A stretch of DNA of 64,000 nt from Macrostomum lignano (lineage: Eukaryota), in the NCBI GenBank assembly GCA_002269645.1, contig NIVC01001485.1:1-64000 (forward strand). Reading direction: 5' to 3'. The notes beneath the pieces were generated by a model, which did not search any database, had not been told where the DNA came from, and saw only the letters and a list, made by a program, of their open reading frames with translations. Shown piece by piece: positions 46,571-59,889 of this stretch. The number at the start of each line of letters is the position of its first letter. Position 1 is the stretch's first letter. Position numbers and translations under genes: made by a program.

Positions 46571-48396
46571 AAACCACAATTTTAACACAAAATTATCACA
46601 AATGCTACTTCTGGAACTCTGAGACAGCTTTGAGCAGGAATTATATTCGCACACGGATTACCCGAGCCAGTCCAATTTCCACTAAAACCATGGTTTTTTT
46701 AAAGCTAATTCTTAGAATTTCTCATTCTTTCGTTTAATAAAGGCCAATTTTCACAGTTTTATTATTTTCTAACGTTAAAATGCGAAATGCGAATTGATCA
46801 AACTTAGTAGTTTCATCCCAAAAACCATAATTTCAACCGCTAATTTGTCCAAATGCTGATTTCAAAGTTGGCAAGAGACAGCTTTCGAGCAGGAATGAGT
46901 CACACACTGATCTCCATATGCACACCCGGCCCAAGTTGGAATTCCACCCAAGACATTTTCATTGAAAGCTAAATTACTAGAAATTGCACATTTTCGTTTT
47001 AAAAAGGTCAATTTTTCACAGTTTTTACTCTTTTTTACGTTAAAATGCTGACTTTATTGAACAAAATTAATCACTTCATCAGCAGAAACCATAATTTTTA
47101 CAACTTAATCGTCAAAAATGCTGTTTCATCATTCAAATGTATGTATTTGGTACATGTAATACCCCTCAAGAAGTCAGGGAAGGGATTATTCTTGAATTGG
47201 GTTAAAACGTACAGTTTGCTATAAACCTAGCTATAATAATTTTAACATATACAGTCGGCGAAGCGGCCCGTTGATTTCGATTGACATTTAAACTGTCCCT
47301 CCCAGACCTCTCTCTCTCTCCTTCTGCACCCACCGAGAAAAGTGACTCATGCGGCAAACAGCTGGACAGGTTTAGTATATTACTGAATTGGCAAAACAGC
47401 CAACACCCAATGGTCATATTAGACTCGTCTTCACAGCACAGACCCATGTAGAACAGAACCACTCGTCCCTGTCTCTCTGACCTTACCATTTCTAACTGTC
47501 AAGGAATTCCGACCCCTACCTCTCCAATTTCAGTGTATAAACAGATATCTTCACAGCACGGACCCATATATTGAGCCTCCTCCAACCAAAACCCTATCTT
47601 GATTACGTCATCCACCTCCCCATAGAAGCAGTTAGCAAGAAAAAAAATTTCGATGCACATATAACTACGTAATGCGTATATTGTTGTCGATTTTCAGATG
47701 TTTTGACGCAAAAAACGCAAATTATACTACTATCTGAAAAATGAAGTAAGTAGTATACAAAAACGCTATCCTAAGCGTGATGTGGCAATATGTAGTTGTA
47801 ATAATCCATGTGCTCATATTAATTCCATGTACATTAATCCCTATCTATCTCAAATTGTACATTAATTCCATGTACATTAATCCCTATCCCAAATTGTCTA
47901 TCCCCAATTCTATATGTACATGTGCATTAATCTACAGTGTCATCCCCAGCGCGCGCGCACCAACATTACATGTACAATGCTACATGTACACAGAGGCGAG
48001 AATTACTAATCTCATCTACTACCAAATGAGTCAACTAACCGTGTAGCGTACATCATGTATAAGTATTTACAATGAAGATATATTTACATTAAACCAGTAG
48101 CATATTACAGGAAATAATTTATGTACAGCATTACCAGCAAATAGAATATACAGAAAATTTTACATTGTTTTTCATTAATTTTCTTTTCATAAATGATTTT
48201 AAACAAGTTTGACACGCAAAATATTTACAATAGATTTTTACATTGGCAATTTCGCTGCATACAATACAAAAATGCTTTATGTACATTTGTATAGTAGTAT
48301 GTAACTCTTCATTAATTTAACATGCAAAATATGTACAACAATAAATAGATTTTACTCAGTCAAATTTAACAAGATATTTATTAAGCAAGGGCCACA

Positions 48397-51300
48397 TTAT
48401 TTATAACCATAAGGCCTGCTGCAGGCCCCGTACACGCGCTTCGTCAGGACGCGCTGAAACGTCTTGTCCATATTGATTGTGTGTATGGTACAAGACGCCT
48501 TGTCGCGCCTAAACTGAAGCTGCGGCAGCTGCAGGGAGCCGCCGTGTAGTAGGGCACTGCGCAATTCATCGCTGCGCTCCCGAATCTCCGGAGTCAGGCG
48601 GATGCCCTTGCACTTCAGGACCTGACTCCGGGCACCGGCCGCATCCTCGACAATGTAAGTGTAGAGCTTGGGCCCTCCACTTACAAAGTCGGTCATCCGG
48701 CTGCCTGCGGGCACCTCATCGGTCCACATTCCGAGGCTCGTGCCATGGGGCGGCTCCCATTGGCCCTCGGAATGCCGGTAAACGACCCTGTGTGGGAGAG
48801 AAAACGAGATAATTGCTAACTATTTACATGTAATCAATTCTAAAATAATTTTCCCAATGCAATACTTACGAGTCAGTGTCGCAGTAAATGGCCCGTTCGC
48901 CGAGCCCCTCCAATGCCTCATACAGGCGCAGCCGGGCCTGCGTGGTCGTAAAGACTCCGATTGGCACATTAGAGTACCGGAACGGCCGCTGATTAAAATA
49001 GCGGTGCCGGTACTCTAGCAGCATAAACTCGCTGCCAATCGGTTCGCAGGCCTTGACTTTGAGGTTGGGGTCGGTCAGCCGGGCGAGCCAGTCCTCGTAG
49101 CTGGATACAATTTCTGTCGATGTCAGGTCATCACGCTGACAAAATTTGCCCCAGAGCCTGTGTGTTGTGAAAAGAAGTGCTACTGTTAGTAGAAGAAGAA
49201 AATCATTTAAAATACAAAAATTTATGAATACTTACGAATTCAAAAAGATTTTCGCTACAAAGCGAAGTCCTGGGTTGGGCTCGACCTTGTCCAGCGTGAC
49301 GCCCTCCTTGGCGTAAAAATCGGCAATGTAGGCGGCCTTGTCTTCATCCGACATGCCGGGGGAACCGCTCGACTCAGCCTTCAGCTTGAGAAAGGTGCTG
49401 ACATAGTCACTGAACAGACCGGTCCGCTTCTCTGTCCAGTAGGCCAGCGCGTGCACCGCCTGCAGCCGGTAGCCCAACTGGAAGGCCTTCCGCAGCTCCG
49501 GCGTTGCCCAGGTACCAGTCAGTGCCCGCTGCTGGTCAGAGTGGTCGCAGCACTCGCCGCACTGCTGCTCCATACAGGTGCGGCAAAGCCCAAAAAAGAG
49601 CTTCTTTTGCACCCTGTAGGGCAGCAGCGGAATGTGCAAATCTGACGGCGGCAGCACTGTCACCTTGGCAATGCCAAAGTAGCTAGCCAGCGCGTCAGAA
49701 TCGAGCACTTGCGGCGTCGGATGTTGCACCGGGTGGCCAATCGGGTATGGGTCTTTCGACTGCACCGTCGGGTACAGAGAGACCTGCCAGTTGAAATAAA
49801 GCATTATTTTTTTTTCATAAACTGTATTTTTTGCAAAATATTCTACTATATTAGTAGTATCGCTACTCACCACATCCCGATATTTGAGAGTCTCAGTCTC
49901 GCTGGCCACAGCATGCGGGATAAAGCACTCTACGCGGCCGCCGTAGAGCGCATCCTCCATCTTGAGCGGAGCGCGCAGATGTGCAGTTGCGGCGATAAAG
50001 TCGGCCTGCGACGCCAATACAGTGTCGTACTCATGCTCCCAAATGACTCGAACACTGTAATTGTGCCGCTCCAACTCGCGAGTGAACCACTCAGTCTCGT
50101 GGCGAATATGGCTCAGAGGCTGCCGTTTGAGCGGGTGAACGACATCCTGATCGGGCATACACTGCTCGCAGCCATGGTAGAAACAGCCATGAAACTGCAA
50201 AACAGTGTTGCTGGCCTCATCGAAGCCGTCCACCTTGCGGCCGAGAATGACAGCCTCGCCGCCAGTCGAGTCGCAGGTTCGCAGCCGCCCGCCAAATTCG
50301 GTGGCATTCAAATAGGCCAGCCACTTGCGCGCCTTGAACGACTGCTGGTCGGCCTGCCGGGCAATCACGCCGACCGAGTTGGGCTCCATAAACCGGGTGG
50401 TGAAAACGGCCATTGCCAAACTGGCAATCGTATTGGCCTGTACAAATGGTTCCAGGCCGTCGCAAATTTCACCAATTATTGCCCTGTACTTGATGCAGCC
50501 CTCGCGAAGCAGGACTGTGTCGCTCAAACAATAATCGAGATACTCCCGATTAAAGTTGAACAACTCGCCCTGTCGCGAGGCTAGCCAAGCACAGATTGAG
50601 TCATAGTCCTTGTTTGCTTTGCCGCCATAATATTCAATAGCCGGGTAGGGGCCAACGTAGTTCCAATTAGCCGGCTTGTTAAACTCGTGGGGAAAGGTCC
50701 CCTTGGCCAGCTTTGTGTCAGCGAGCCCCAGCGCTTTGGGGAATTGCGCAAGCGGGATTGGTATGAAATTTAACGAATCTTTGAATACCAATTTATCCAC
50801 CGTCATGCTCATTAGCCGGCTGCCCTGGAACAGTACTTGTGGCCGCTTCTTGGCCAGGCCGTTGAGTAGAGCGCCAAGCAGTAGGAACGAATCGTAGCCT
50901 GATGCGTTGTGCGCTACAACAATGGCGCCGCCTCGGAAAGCTGTGCTTAGCCAGGTGAAAAACGCATTCAGCGAGGCCGGGCCCACAGCCACAAAATCGG
51001 CCATTTGGCAGGCGCAGTCTGAGTGGCTGACGCAATTGGAGAATTCCTCCCCCAGATCGCGGCCAGTCAGACAATTGGCAGTGCTATGCAGGCCATTGCA
51101 GAGGCGGCAAGTCTCGCGCGGAAACGCCCGGCCGGAGCAGGTCTCGCAGCACGTGACGGCAGTCACCAGGTGCACGTGATGCTGCTTCTCCTCGTCCGTG
51201 TATGTTTCCGTATCGTAGAACACGTACGGCATAGTCGAAGCTTTCACTTTGGGAGCCTTGACGAAGCACAAATGCGAGCCGGCCTCGTCGTACTGTTTAC

Positions 51301-53979
51301 ACAGTGGGCATTTGATGTGGCCGCACTTGTGCTCCGGCTCCCTTTGCCCAACTTTCATCTCCTCCAAATATCCGCATTTGGGGCAGACTCGGACAGAGTC
51401 GCAGCGAGACCTGCCGGCCCGGTTTTTCCGGCGGTGGTTCTCAAAGCACTGCTGATTGTAGCACTTGAGGCCACAATCAGGGCAGCGCTTGTAGTCGCAC
51501 CGCAGGCTCTTGCAATTGGCGCCGGGCACTTTACACTGAGGGCAGGTGTTGGCGCACTTGTGCCCTGCAGAGTTGCAATCATACGGCTGCTGGCAGCGGT
51601 CGCAATAGTAACGGGCTCCGAAAAATGGCGGCACCTTGCAAACAGCGTTAAAGTGTTCGCCAATTAGGTGCAAATTCAGCACTTCGCAGCCGGGCAGGGC
51701 GTACACACACGTGTTGCCTTCATCAGCACTGTATACCCGGACGCCGAAATCCCGGCCAGGCGACTGGGCGTTCAGGACCGCGAGCAGTTGGGGGAGCACG
51801 TCAACCCCGAAAGGCCCGGCCTGTGCAATGGTTGATAAAGACTAAAACATTTGTATATTAATAAAAATGCAAATTAAAATGTGCAAGAACATTTTTACTC
51901 ACCGAATACAATTTGGCTGCAATTTGTAACTCCCCAGTAAGCTTCTTCTGCATTGGGGAGTCAGCCTTGATGGTCCGCCAAGTCCGCTTAGAAATTGTCT
52001 TGGCCTCCAGGTCGGCAAAGGCCTTGGCGACAATCAGCGCCCGAATGAGGCAACGCTTGTCGCTGTTGGCGATGACAGCATAATTATAGCCCATAGCATG
52101 GCGTGCCTGGATGTGGCGCTCCGCAGCATCTAAGCTGCCGCAGCCGCCCCGCGGGACCCAGGCCTTGAGTAAAAACAATTTAAAGTTGTTGCCCAAGACG
52201 CTGGAGTCCGACTGCAGAACCTTGTTGATATGTTTAAATATCAGCTCTGCAGTGAAGCGGCTGCGGCGGACGGGCGGGACATTGATGGCGAGCATCATAT
52301 TGTCCGCCGTCAGCTTAGATGCGACGAAATCGTTGACATTCAGGTCGGCGCAGAGTGCCGAAATTACTTTCGCGAATGTGTCGCGAATATCGGTGAGTGC
52401 TGTGAAAGACACTTCATACTCGTAGCCCTTGGCTCTAAATTTTGGCAGGGCTTTCGCCCCGCCAAGACGCGCAATGAAGCCTGAAAAAAATGGAGGGTTT
52501 GAAATTAGAATTGCGAGAGGCGGCGGCAGGTTTATGACTCATAAAATCAACTCCTTACCATCGCCTTCGACAGTGTCGGGCTGGGGCGGGGGTTGAAATT
52601 GAGCCAAATCTGCAATAAAAATGCGCATGGTGACTAAAATTCTGACCGCTTGGAATTTTACAACTGTCAAAAATTTTTGATTGATTGCCTGCAGCAGCAG
52701 CAATTTTATCGCCCCACCCCAAGCAACAAAAATCGGTGAGTTGTAAAAACCCCCAACTCGGCACGTTCCGACACGTAGCAACAAAAGAAATGTGGGGTTG
52801 ATTGACCCCCGCTTCGAATTTTAGGCTGTCAAAAATGTTTGATTGATGACCCTGATAACACAGATCCTGCCGCAGCAGCCATTGTAAAATTTAAGAAAAC
52901 CCCTATCAGCACGTGCCTCCATTGTGCCTCCTTGACACCTAGCAACAATACCGCGCGGCCGCTTTTGGATTTTAAAGCTGTCTGATTAATAACCCTCACT
53001 GTAGCAGCCAAGTTTTATTGCTGCCAAAACCCCATACAATTGCAGCGATGATTACATCATCATGCCCAAAAATCGGGGGTTGATTTTATCACTGCGCCGC
53101 TAGAATACCTGCCGCCGTGGTGATTACATCATCATGCTGAGCCCAAAAATCGGGGGTTGATTTTTATCACTGCCGCCTGCCCGCCCCCCGCTGAGTCACG
53201 CGCGCGCTGCAGGATTGCTGTTTTTGCTTCTCTAGTCATATAACCCCTGAAATTTTATGACTATCCCCTACAGGCATTATCTGGCTATACTGCTGCTGCT
53301 GCTGATATTCTCAAAAACTCTGTTATTTCAACAGGTCTGAATTTGAGAAATCCAACTTCAACATCTATGTCAAGAGGAAATTCCGAAATTTTAACCAAAA
53401 ATGAATGCTAAAGATGAAAAGCAGTGGTTTTCAAAGAAAGCCCATATTTCAACAAGCGAAAAGTTTGCAAATCACACTAATGCTAAAGCTGAAAAGCGCA
53501 GTTATACAACCCTATTTTTCTAATTTTAGATTTTGCAAATGCTAAAGATGAAAATAATTGAGGCTAATGTATAAAAAGCAGTTTTTCAGAGAGTCCTATT
53601 ATTTCAATAAGCTGAATTTACAGTTTGGAAAGCAACTCTGAATGCAAAGGGTGAAAACCAGTTTTACAGTGGGGCCTCCTATTATTTCAATAAGCCTTAT
53701 TTTGAGTTTGCGAAAGCCAAATGAATGCCAAAGATGAAAAAGCAGTTTTTACAGAGAACAGCCCTATATTATTCAATAATCCCGAATTTGGAGTTTCGTA
53801 AAAAGATAAAGATGAAAAAGAAATTTTTACACAGACTTGCAAGACTCACCTAGCTGTCGTCCCCTCTTTGCGGGCGGAGGCTGATGCTGCTGCTGTGGTT
53901 GCTGCTGCTGCCTGGAGGGGCCAGCCTGCCCCCACAAGGCTGAAATGGCGGCTTCAGCGGCTGGGCGTTTTGATGCCAT
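48397..53979 (-). CDS. Protein-primed family B DNA polymerase, 7 exons (53979-53850, 52609-52559, 52480-51903, 51820-49871, 49783-49236, 49157-48870, 48787-48397), 1311 aa predicted
   Basis: All introns GT-AG with consistent phase; Exo I FYDTET, Exo II AHNASGYD, Exo III YCLSD; motifs YRDV/VSLYP, KIFLNS/LWGKF, YCDTDS/V; VSR-like VDG..LQFHGCFYHGC insert; N-terminal DKRCLIRAL..EHF; exon 1 (Kozak GCCACAATGG) less certain. Confidence 0.92.
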
Positions 53980-54080
53980 TGTGGCTGATGCTACTGCTGC
54001 TGTTGTTGCTGATGCTGCGGTTGTGGCTTCTGCTGCTGCTGGCTGCTTCTGCGGATGCGGCTGCAGCAGCTCTCATCCGC

Positions 54081-54088
54081 TTTATATA
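54081..54088 (-). promoter_or_regulatory. TATATAAA box upstream of pPolB exon 1
   Basis: About 100 nt before ATG 53979. Confidence 0.5.
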
Positions 54089-57000
54089 CCCCGCAAGAGG
54101 GAGGGTGGGGTAGGGGCACGAGAATTGTGCGTGATTTTCTTTCCCGGGTCTATATTCTCCAGATTAGTGTACGATTGTACACTCCATTCCGCATTTGATA
54201 TAGAAAGTTGGGGTCAAAATTACCCCGCCGATTCTTTTCTCATGCGGTATTTTATTGGATCTGAGCGGAGCCATCCAACCGGCACTCTCGCAGGAGTGAA
54301 ATGGCGACTTCGTCAGAGTACAGTCTCTCAAAGAAGAAGACCGCTTCCTCTTGCAACATATCTTTTCGACTTGAATCGGATAGGAAACGGTGTTTATCCA
54401 GAAAACAATTGGCAGAAGCTGACCAATAATAGCTAAATACAGATGAAAAATATGAAAGATAACTTCTGTGGTTTTTAAGGCCCGCCTGTCTCTGCGAGAA
54501 AATGGATGTCAAAAATCGCTGTATCAATTTAATGACCTGGGGGAAATGGGGCTTGTGTGCAAAGCATCTGATTGACAGAGGCTCAGGGAAGAGTAAGAGT
54601 CGATGAAAAGCTCTTGCATTCTTCTAAAATATCCATCAAAGAGTAATAAAGGTGACACCCCTGTCTCGAGCCAAATAAGAGAGACGGAGTTTTCTACTTC
54701 TGTTTACGTAATGTTTGGGGATGCTTCCCTGTCACCTGGGGTTATAGGGGCAGAGAGTCAGTTATGGCATGTAAGCGGTGGTAAAGAATTGCCTTGGTGA
54801 GGCTGGGGTAGGTGTTGTTCTCTCCATATTGGCGAACATTAATAGTCCTGGGTTGAATTTTGAATATGGCTAGAATGTATAGCGGAGAATCGTTGAATTG
54901 AAGGGAGATTCAACATGCAAAGTATTCAACAAAACCGATTCAGTGCATCTAAAAGAGGCAGTGCGAGCTTCAGAACTGAGAATAGCGTTTAAGATAGCAT
55001 CAATGGCATGATTTAATAATCGAATATTGAAAACTTTAAGTTAATAGCAGATTGTGTTTTTAGCGCCAATTTTTATAGTGTCTATAGAATACTTCCCCAG
55101 CTTCTTGGGCAATATACATGCCTATTTGAATGATGAAACAGCATTTGTGATGATTTATTAGCTAAAATTATGATTTCTATTGATAAAATGACAGATTTCG
55201 ATCCATAGCTCGTAAAGTAAGCATTTTAACGTTAAAAATCGAAAAAAATGAGGAAAAATCGTGTTTTTCTTGAAACAGTTTGCATTTCTAATAAATTTTT
55301 ACCATTCATTAACCATTTCTTGGGCTGGGCTGGCTTGTGGACTTCCGTGTGGGACTCATTCCTGCTTCGAAGCCGTATTAAGTAAAGTTGAAACGGCATT
55401 TGGGCATTAGCTGTTGAAATGATGGTTCCCAGTGATGAAATTACTGATTTTGATCAACAAAGTCTAACTTTTAATGTTAAAATTAAAGAAACAGGAGAAA
55501 ATTCGCCTTTTATGAAATGACGGAATTCCAACTTGGAGAGGTCAGTGGGTATTTCATTCCTGCTTCGAGAGATCGAACTTTCATAGAGTCTGAAAGCTTG
55601 AAGTGAGAGGGCAGGGGAAGCGATAGAATTGGCATAGCAGCACGTTTTTGGGCGATTGGAATTCACTACTTCTAGTATACCACATTGGCTGTAGTGCCGA
55701 AGTATTTCTTTGACAAAACACATAAATGGAACTCTGTCTCGGAATTGAATGCAGAGGAGACACTGATTCATAGGCTGTGTACATTGACAGATGCAGGGTA
55801 TTGGGTCGATGCAGGTGGAGGTTGACTCGGATTTGCTCAGATTCGTGGAGTTGATGTGTGCATTAAAAGTTAGTTTCTTTCTTGCTAACTGGGGGCGGCG
55901 TGGATGACGTAATTGGATAAGAGGGGTTTTGCTGAATGAGGTTTAATATAGGGTCCGTGCTGTGAAAAGATCTGTCTGTACACTGAAAATGGAGAGAGGG
56001 TCGAAATTCCTTGGCATTTAGAAGGGTGACAGAGAGAACAGGGGCGAGTGGTTCTATTCGATTTGCTAAATAGGGGTCTGTTGACCATTGGAGGGTGGCT
56101 GTTTTCGAACAGTCTTGGAGTTGATTTTGAATATGGCCGGAGATAAAGGGTGATTCAATATGCAACATAATCGATTCCATAGTGTACACCTGCGTCTGTG
56201 GCATATTTTGCGGATTAAAGCGCAACAAGGGGTCTTGTATCATCTGCACTGTCAATAGATATATTGTATAAAACATTGCTTTCACAGTCTTGAGAGGCCA
56301 ACTAAATAAATATATATACGTATCAAAGCTCGGCCGGCTTTTTGTGTAAATATATATACGTCTTTTGAAAACTTATTTGGGAGAGGCGTTGGGAATGACG
56401 TAATTGTCCCGGAGTGGTGACGAGGGTTGAATTCCAGATGGATGAAGTATGGAAGGAGTGGAAATAACAGTGTGGACAGCGATTTTTGGCTGACTCATGT
56501 CTCATCCGCCAATTTTGGGGATGGGCGGCAGTTTCTGCGTACACTGTTTGCTTTTTGAGGGCCAGCAGAAAATGAAGAGTTAATTCTTGGATGTGCGGCC
56601 ACTTTGCAAATTTTGGATATAATATGGGTGGGTGGGTGCTTCTGCATGCTCTCTGTTTCAACTATTAAAAAAAATGATCTCCACTATTCCAATGTAATCT
56701 TTTTAATAGGAATCTAGACTTGTAAACTCTACTAATGGTAGTATAGCGTAATCAGTTACATTTGGTTTTGAGTAATTGACATATAAATATGCATATGTGA
56801 CGCGTTTTGTAAAACTTGGGTGTTGGCTCATTTAGATGGAATTGTACAGCGCTAATTCTAACCTCTGCGCATTTTACATGTACTGTACATGTAGTAGGGT
56901 TTCGAGTTGTAATTTTGGTGCGCGCGCGTGGGCCGTCTGTGGATGAGACTGTACATGTAGTAGGGTTTCCGATTTGTAATTTTGGTGCGCGCGGGCCGTC

Positions 57001-57630
57001 TGGGGAAGACACTGTAGATTAATGCACATGTACATATAGAATTGGGGATAGACAATTTGGGATAGGGATTAATGTACATGGAATTAATGTACAATTTGAG
57101 ATAGATAGGGATTAATGTACATGGTATTAATATGAGCACATGGATTATTACAACTACATATTGCCACATCACGCTTAGGATAGCGTTTTTGTATACTACT
57201 TACTTCATTTTTCAGATAGTAGTATAATTTGCGTTTTTTGCGTCAAAACATCTGAAAATCGACAACAATATACGCATTACGTAGTCATATATGAACAATG
57301 CGAACCAAGCAAATCCGCGCGTCTACCAAAGCCAACCCTACCCTGCGTGTTGTAATTGCATTTGTCAATGTACACACCCTATGAATCAGTGTCTCCTTCT
57401 TTGGAACACACGAAGGCATTAGTCAGAAAGTTTGGATGCAATTAAAAACTCTCTCGATGCTTTGCGTATAAACGAGTAATCGATTGAATCAATTGTACAC
57501 TTGACACATTTAATTACGTGCTGCCATGCAACGGAAAGACAGGATAATGGGGTGGGTGGTCACGCAGCCTCATTCTCTCTTTCCTACTGATTTTTCATTA
57601 TCTATCAATCTCAGCTCTTTCCGGGGCAAA

Positions 57631-58113
57631 ACATTTTGCAAAACATAGACTAAACTTTCAAATCATTCGTTTACACAACCAACTGTCTATATTAATGGTG
57701 GGGTTATTATTACTTTACAGAAAAACGCATGTCCTGTGTTACGACACTGCCTAGCAACCGTATAATTTTTGCAGGTCAAGGAGCATTAATACATGAACTA
57801 ACACTCCTATTTTGCATTCATTGAGAGGCGGAGGCAGCGGGCAGAGGGGGGGCCGGACCGTGACTGTGCGCAGCACAGTCCCTGTCTCTACTGCCGCCTC
57901 CGCCCGCTGCCGCCGCCTCTCAATGAATGCAAAATAGGAGTGTTAGTTCATGTATTAATGCTCCTTGACCTGCAAAAATTATACGGTTGCTAGGCAGTGT
58001 CGTAACACAGGACATGCGTTTTTCTGTAAAGTAATAATAACCCCACCATTAATATAGACAGTTGGTTGTGTAAACGAATGATTTGAAAGTTTAGTCTATG
58101 TTTTGCAAAATGT
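57631..58113. repeat. Perfect 201-bp-arm palindrome in the centre of element C
   Basis: 57631..57831 is the reverse complement of 57913..58113; GC-rich 81-nt loop with GACTGTGC-GCA-GCACAGTC hairpin. Confidence 0.92.
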
Positions 58114-59889
58114 CTCTATGAAAACTCATCTTCCTACTGACAGTAGAGTTTGCAAAAATCAGTTCTTGGAAGAATGCGACATTTTCGTGAAAATATTTAA
58201 ACTGCTATATTGGGCCTATGACAGATTTTTATTGAGAAACTATCGTCATTTCCACAGAGAAAGATAAACATGTGAAGCTTTCGTGAAGATTACATCTTCA
58301 TACTACGGGTATCAAATTTTCCTGTATTTGACTGAACGTACGTGCATTTAGTCATAGTCGGGGAGTGCTTCAACCATTTATCAGGTTTAAATCGGCTGCC
58401 GCTTGCATATGTACATCACATGTAAATGAACATGTGGTAAATCTGATGAGGAACTATGCACACATGCGCGAGTTGCCCCGGAAAGAGCTGAGATTGATAG
58501 ATAATGAAAAATCAGTAGGAAAGAGAGAATGAGGCTGCGTGACCACCCACCCCATTATCCTGTCTTTCCGTTGCATGGCAGCACGTAATTAAATGTGTCA
58601 AGTGTACAATTGATTCAATCGATTACTCGTTTATACGCAAAGCATCGAGAGAGTTTTTAATTGCATCCAAACTTTCTGACTAATGCCTTCGTGTGTTCCA
58701 AAGAAGGAGACACTGATTCATAGGGTGTGTACATTGACAAATGCAATTACAACACGCAGGGTAGGGTTGGCTTTGGTAGACGCGCGGATTTGCTTGGTTC
58801 GCATTGTTCATATATGTGCATCGAAATTTTTTTTCTTGCTAACTGCTTCTATGGGGAGGTGGATGACGTAATCAAGATAGGGTTTTGGTTGGAGGAGGCT
58901 CAATATATGGGTCCGTGCTGTGAAGATATCTGTTTATACACTGAAATTGGAGAGGTAGGGGTCGGAATTCCTTGACAGTTAGAAATGGTAAGGTCAGAGA
59001 GACAGGGACGAGTGGTTCTGTTCTACATGGGTCTGTGCTGTGAAGACGAGTCTAATATGACCATTGGGTGTTGGCTGTTTTGCCAATTCAGTAATATACT
59101 AAACCTGTCCAGCTGTTTGCCTCATGAGTCACTTTTCTCGGTGGGTGCAGAAGGAGAGAGAGAGAGGTCTGGGAGGGACAGTTTAAATGTCAATCGAAAT
59201 CAACGGGCCGCTTCGCCGACTGTATATGTTAAAATTATTATAGCTAGGTTTATAGCAAACTGTACGTTTTAACCCAATTCAAGAATAATCCCTTCCCTGA
59301 CTTCTTGAGGGGTATTACATGTACCAAATACATACATTTGAATGATGAAACAGCATTTTTGACGATTAAGTTGTAAAAATTATGGTTTCTGCTGATGAAG
59401 TGATTAATTTTGTTCAATAAAGTCAGCATTTTAACGTAAAAAGAGTAAAAACTGTGAAAAATTGACCTTTTTAAAACGAAAATGTGCAATTTCTAGTAAT
59501 TTAGCTTTCAATGAAAATGTCTTGGGTGGAATTCCAACTTGGGCCGGGGTGTGCATATGGAGATCAGTGTGTGACTCATTCCTGCTCGAAAGCTGTCTCT
59601 TGCCAACTTTGAAATCAGCATTTGGACAAATTAGCGGTTGAAATTATGGTTTTTGGGATGAAACTACTAAGTTTGATCAATTCGCATTTCGCATTTTAAC
59701 GTTAGAAAATAATAAAACTGTGAAAATTGGCCTTTATTAAACGAAAGAATGAGAAATTCTAAGAATTAGCTTTAAAAAAACCATGGTTTTAGTGGAAATT
59801 GGACTGGCTCGGGTAATCCGTGTGCGAATATAATTCCTGCTCAAAGCTGTCTCAGAGTTCCAGAAGTAGCATTTGTGATAATTTTGTGT

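Larger units (their letters stand above)
47664..57285 (-). mobile_element. Element B: pPolB-only Polinton-family element (9622 bp)
   Basis: Termini ACTACGTAATGCG..CGCATTACGTAGT; 6-bp TSD CATATA at 47658-47663 and 57286-57291; ~285-bp TIR; only recognisable gene is pPolB. Confidence 0.92.

Noticed and set aside
49451-51845. Plus-strand ORFs (e.g. 49709..50584, 51023..51667) overlapping pPolB
   Set aside because: Antisense shadows of a GC-rich coding strand; no motifs.
54100-57000. Hidden capsid or integrase remnants in the right part of element B
   Set aside because: Only short ORFs made of degenerate copies of the non-coding modules seen in C; no DDE, jelly-roll or ATPase motifs found by eye.
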